Source of the DNA: Hormiphora californensis
Taxonomy: Eukaryota > Animalia > Ctenophora
Direction: 5' to 3'
Assembly: GCA_020137815.1 (NCBI GenBank)
Contig: CM035354.1
Coordinates: 1,302,001-1,366,000 of the forward strand
DNA length: 64,000 nucleotides
Below, one piece after another: positions 61,529 to 64,000 of this stretch; the stretch's first letter is position 1; every line of letters begins with the position of its first letter. The translations under genes were made by a program, and so were the position numbers. Below the pieces are notes generated by a model. The model saw only the letters and a program-made list of their open reading frames with translations. It was not told where the DNA came from and made no database searches.

Positions 61529-63694
61529 CTATTTCACGGCAGCCTGTTTCTTTGACGGAGTTTTAGGGTCCCCCTTCTTTAGGGGACTGGCTTTGACCGG
61601 TGTTTTCACGCTGTTCAGTCTGTTGTTGTGGGGTAGTGAGGTCCGGCGAGGTGATACCGCTCCCTGGAAGGGAGAGAGATATAGTTAGTACACTGTCCTG
61701 GATATTATAGATGTTATAGGGGTATTTGGCTTAGCTGGTGGATCAGTAATCCATGGTTTTTATATTCATGATATTGAAACACATGCAGGCTGGTTCTGGT
61801 AGAATACATGCAGGCTGGTAGAATACATGTAGGCATTAACGTATAAATGCTTTCTAAGACGTTCATGCAAAGATTAGTGTTCATGTCAAAAGGGTGGAAA
61901 GAAAAGTTAGAAATTCCCACACTGTCTGGCGGCGCTGACCCGATCTGAGCGTCAAAACAGATCCCACTTATTTCTAGGTGCTCCCAAAAGCCCGGCCCAA
62001 AAGGTGGTAAACACACATTATACTACTGAAGCTCTAACTACAGCTCAGCTGCTTTAGCACTTAATTCATACCCCCGTCTTAGCACGTAACATGTTAGGAT
62101 CATATGACATTCTCCTACTTTCGGTAGTCGGGGGACATCTCTGAAACACGTGACGTCATTACACACGTGACGTGATTAACACGTGACGTCATTACACGTG
62201 TGTGACGTCATAAAACAAGTGTTAGATGAGAGGTTTTATCATCTGCATTCAATGCCTCAATGGGAAATCAATGTTTTTTAGAAGAAGATGTAATGTTGTC
62301 ACAAATAAAATCAATGAATGGAAAGGAAAATTATCAAATCATGGTCTCATAAATCTTGTTGAGTGATACATATCTCAGATATTATCTGAATTTTACATAT
62401 ATTGGTGCTCATTACCTTATTGGGTGTGAACTTTTTCCTCGGTGTGACATCTTTAACGATATCCTTCCTTTCTTCTTGTTCCTAGGGGGATGTTCTGTTA
62501 AATAGAGTTTCATTTTGGTATCTGGTTGCCATAGCAACTTATCAACTCCTAAATTCTGTCTGAGCGGAGACCGAGAATTTAATGGGGTCAGGGGTTCAAG
62601 GATAACGGGTGATAACTAAAAATTGTTACTAATTTAAAACAGCTGTAGAATTTTTTCCTTTTGAGATACAGTTTCGGGCCAGTGATAGAACGATTTTTCA
62701 GACAATTTTGAATCAGAAAAATATAACGGCGATGACTAAAACGTTCATTCTCATAGCGATATCGGATCATCTCCTCTTGCCCCACCAAAGCATATAGTCC
62801 GTGAAATCTACACGTTTTTCTAGCACCTCTAGCGCCTGTTCTAGTCGAAATACAGCTTCGGGACAGTGATAGAATGATTTTTAAGACAATTTTGAACGAA
62901 ATTAACTTTGCTTCAAACTTCATAAATATCAATTTCCTGATCAGAATCTTCTGTAACAAAGCGTAGTTTACAGGTAATTTGAGAAATCGCCATTTCGACA
63001 TCTCTCAAAACATTAATGACCGTGGAAACCCAACTTCCCAAAGAGCCAAAATCTTCAAACTTGGCAGTTATGTTGGTTATGGCATGAACAACCAGACTTC
63101 CAATTATGAGAATTCTATCTCATCGGGAAGGTCGTTTCTGATAACATAGAAATTTCAAATCTCCGTACTATATGCTTTGGTGGGGCAAGAGGAAATGACC
63201 CGATATCGCTATGAGAATGAACGTTTTAGTCATCGCCGTTATGTTATCCTGATTCAAAATTGTCTGAAAAATCGTTCTATCACTGGCCCGAAGCTGTATC
63301 TCAAAAGGGAAAAATTCTACAGCTGTTATAAATTAGTAACAATTTTTAGTTATCACCCGTTAAATGCATTTTGAGCAATACCTAAGTGATTGGCCCTCGT
63401 GCCGGTGCGTAGGGTCCCCAACAGGGATTCACACCCATGGGCCATGGCAACCGCTCTCATCTTATATTAAATAAAATACAAGGGTCTCTATCAAGGAAAA
63501 AATCCTACCTGGATTTGTTACTCTTTATTACAAACCTGGATTGTATCGATTTTAACCTCTGGAGGGGGGACGTCCACAGGATCAGGACTATCACTAGTTT
63601 CATTTTCAGGGGTCCTGTTTTCTCTGTGGAACATCTTCATCATCTCAATAACTGTCAAATGTTCCTCCTCCCCTCCCTCTCCACCCTCTCCTCC
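61529..63694 (-). CDS. 3' exons of an unidentified gene (low-complexity, SP/TP-rich tail)
   Basis: Phase-0 exons 63694-63536 (GGEGGEGGEEEHLTVIEMMKMF...), 62481-62416 (EQEERKDIVKDVTPRKKFTPNK) and 61663-61529 (GAVSPRR...KQAAVK*), all with AG/GT ends. Confidence 0.6.
62605..63360. mobile_element. Non-autonomous DNA transposon with about 200-bp TIRs and TA TSD
   Basis: TA|ACGGGTGATAACTAAAAATTG...CAATTTTTAGTTATCACCCGT|TA; mirrored spurious ORFs. Confidence 0.85.
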
Positions 63695-64000
63695 CTGAAA
63701 AACGTTGTTGAGTAAGGGGTGGGAGACAAGAAAAATGGGGTTTTATCCTGTCAAAGCATTGGCAGTGTTTATCAACAATTTTAGTGGTCGGAGTCTGTCT
63801 GGCAGCGCCGCCACACAGTTGTCGGAGTTGATTGTTCTGAAATTTTTTTGAGATGTTCGAGCAAGAATCTACTTAGACCCCCCTCTCTGTGTGGGGACGA
63901 GGGAGTAGGGATATGTGTGGTGGCACCCACCCCTCACAATAACTCAATCCCAATGCTAGTCCAGTTGCTCTTTAGCAAAATCACGTACGTGATTTAAGAT

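Overview
Eukaryotic (animal) genomic DNA with short GT-AG introns. It is probably a ctenophore; this is an inference from recalling the CAGGAACCGACC MITE in Pleurobrachia sequences and is not verified. Genes in order: the 3' part of an IP3 receptor (+), an intronless CstF-50 (+), the N-terminal half of a SUR-like ABCC transporter (+), the last exon of an ANTP-type homeobox gene (+, after an assembly gap), an intronless extended mitochondrial bL20 (+), a FRMD4-like FERM/CUPID gene (+) with an intronless secreted SRCR-like gene nested in an intron, and the 3' exons of an unknown gene (-). Mobile DNA includes two L2/CR1-type LINE copies, an inverted LINE ORF1, a Ty3/gypsy gag-protease remnant with an intact -1 frameshift signal, a 1.28-kb TTAA-flanked foldback and several MITE families. 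The most unusual pattern is that more than 15 exon/intron junctions are tandemly duplicated (2-11 copies of a splice site plus the exon edge). The intronic copies differ from the functional exon mostly at synonymous positions. Two stretches (about 42145-43270 and 50900-52100) are low-quality homopolymer sequence, and several exons carry single-base insertions that look like assembly errors.
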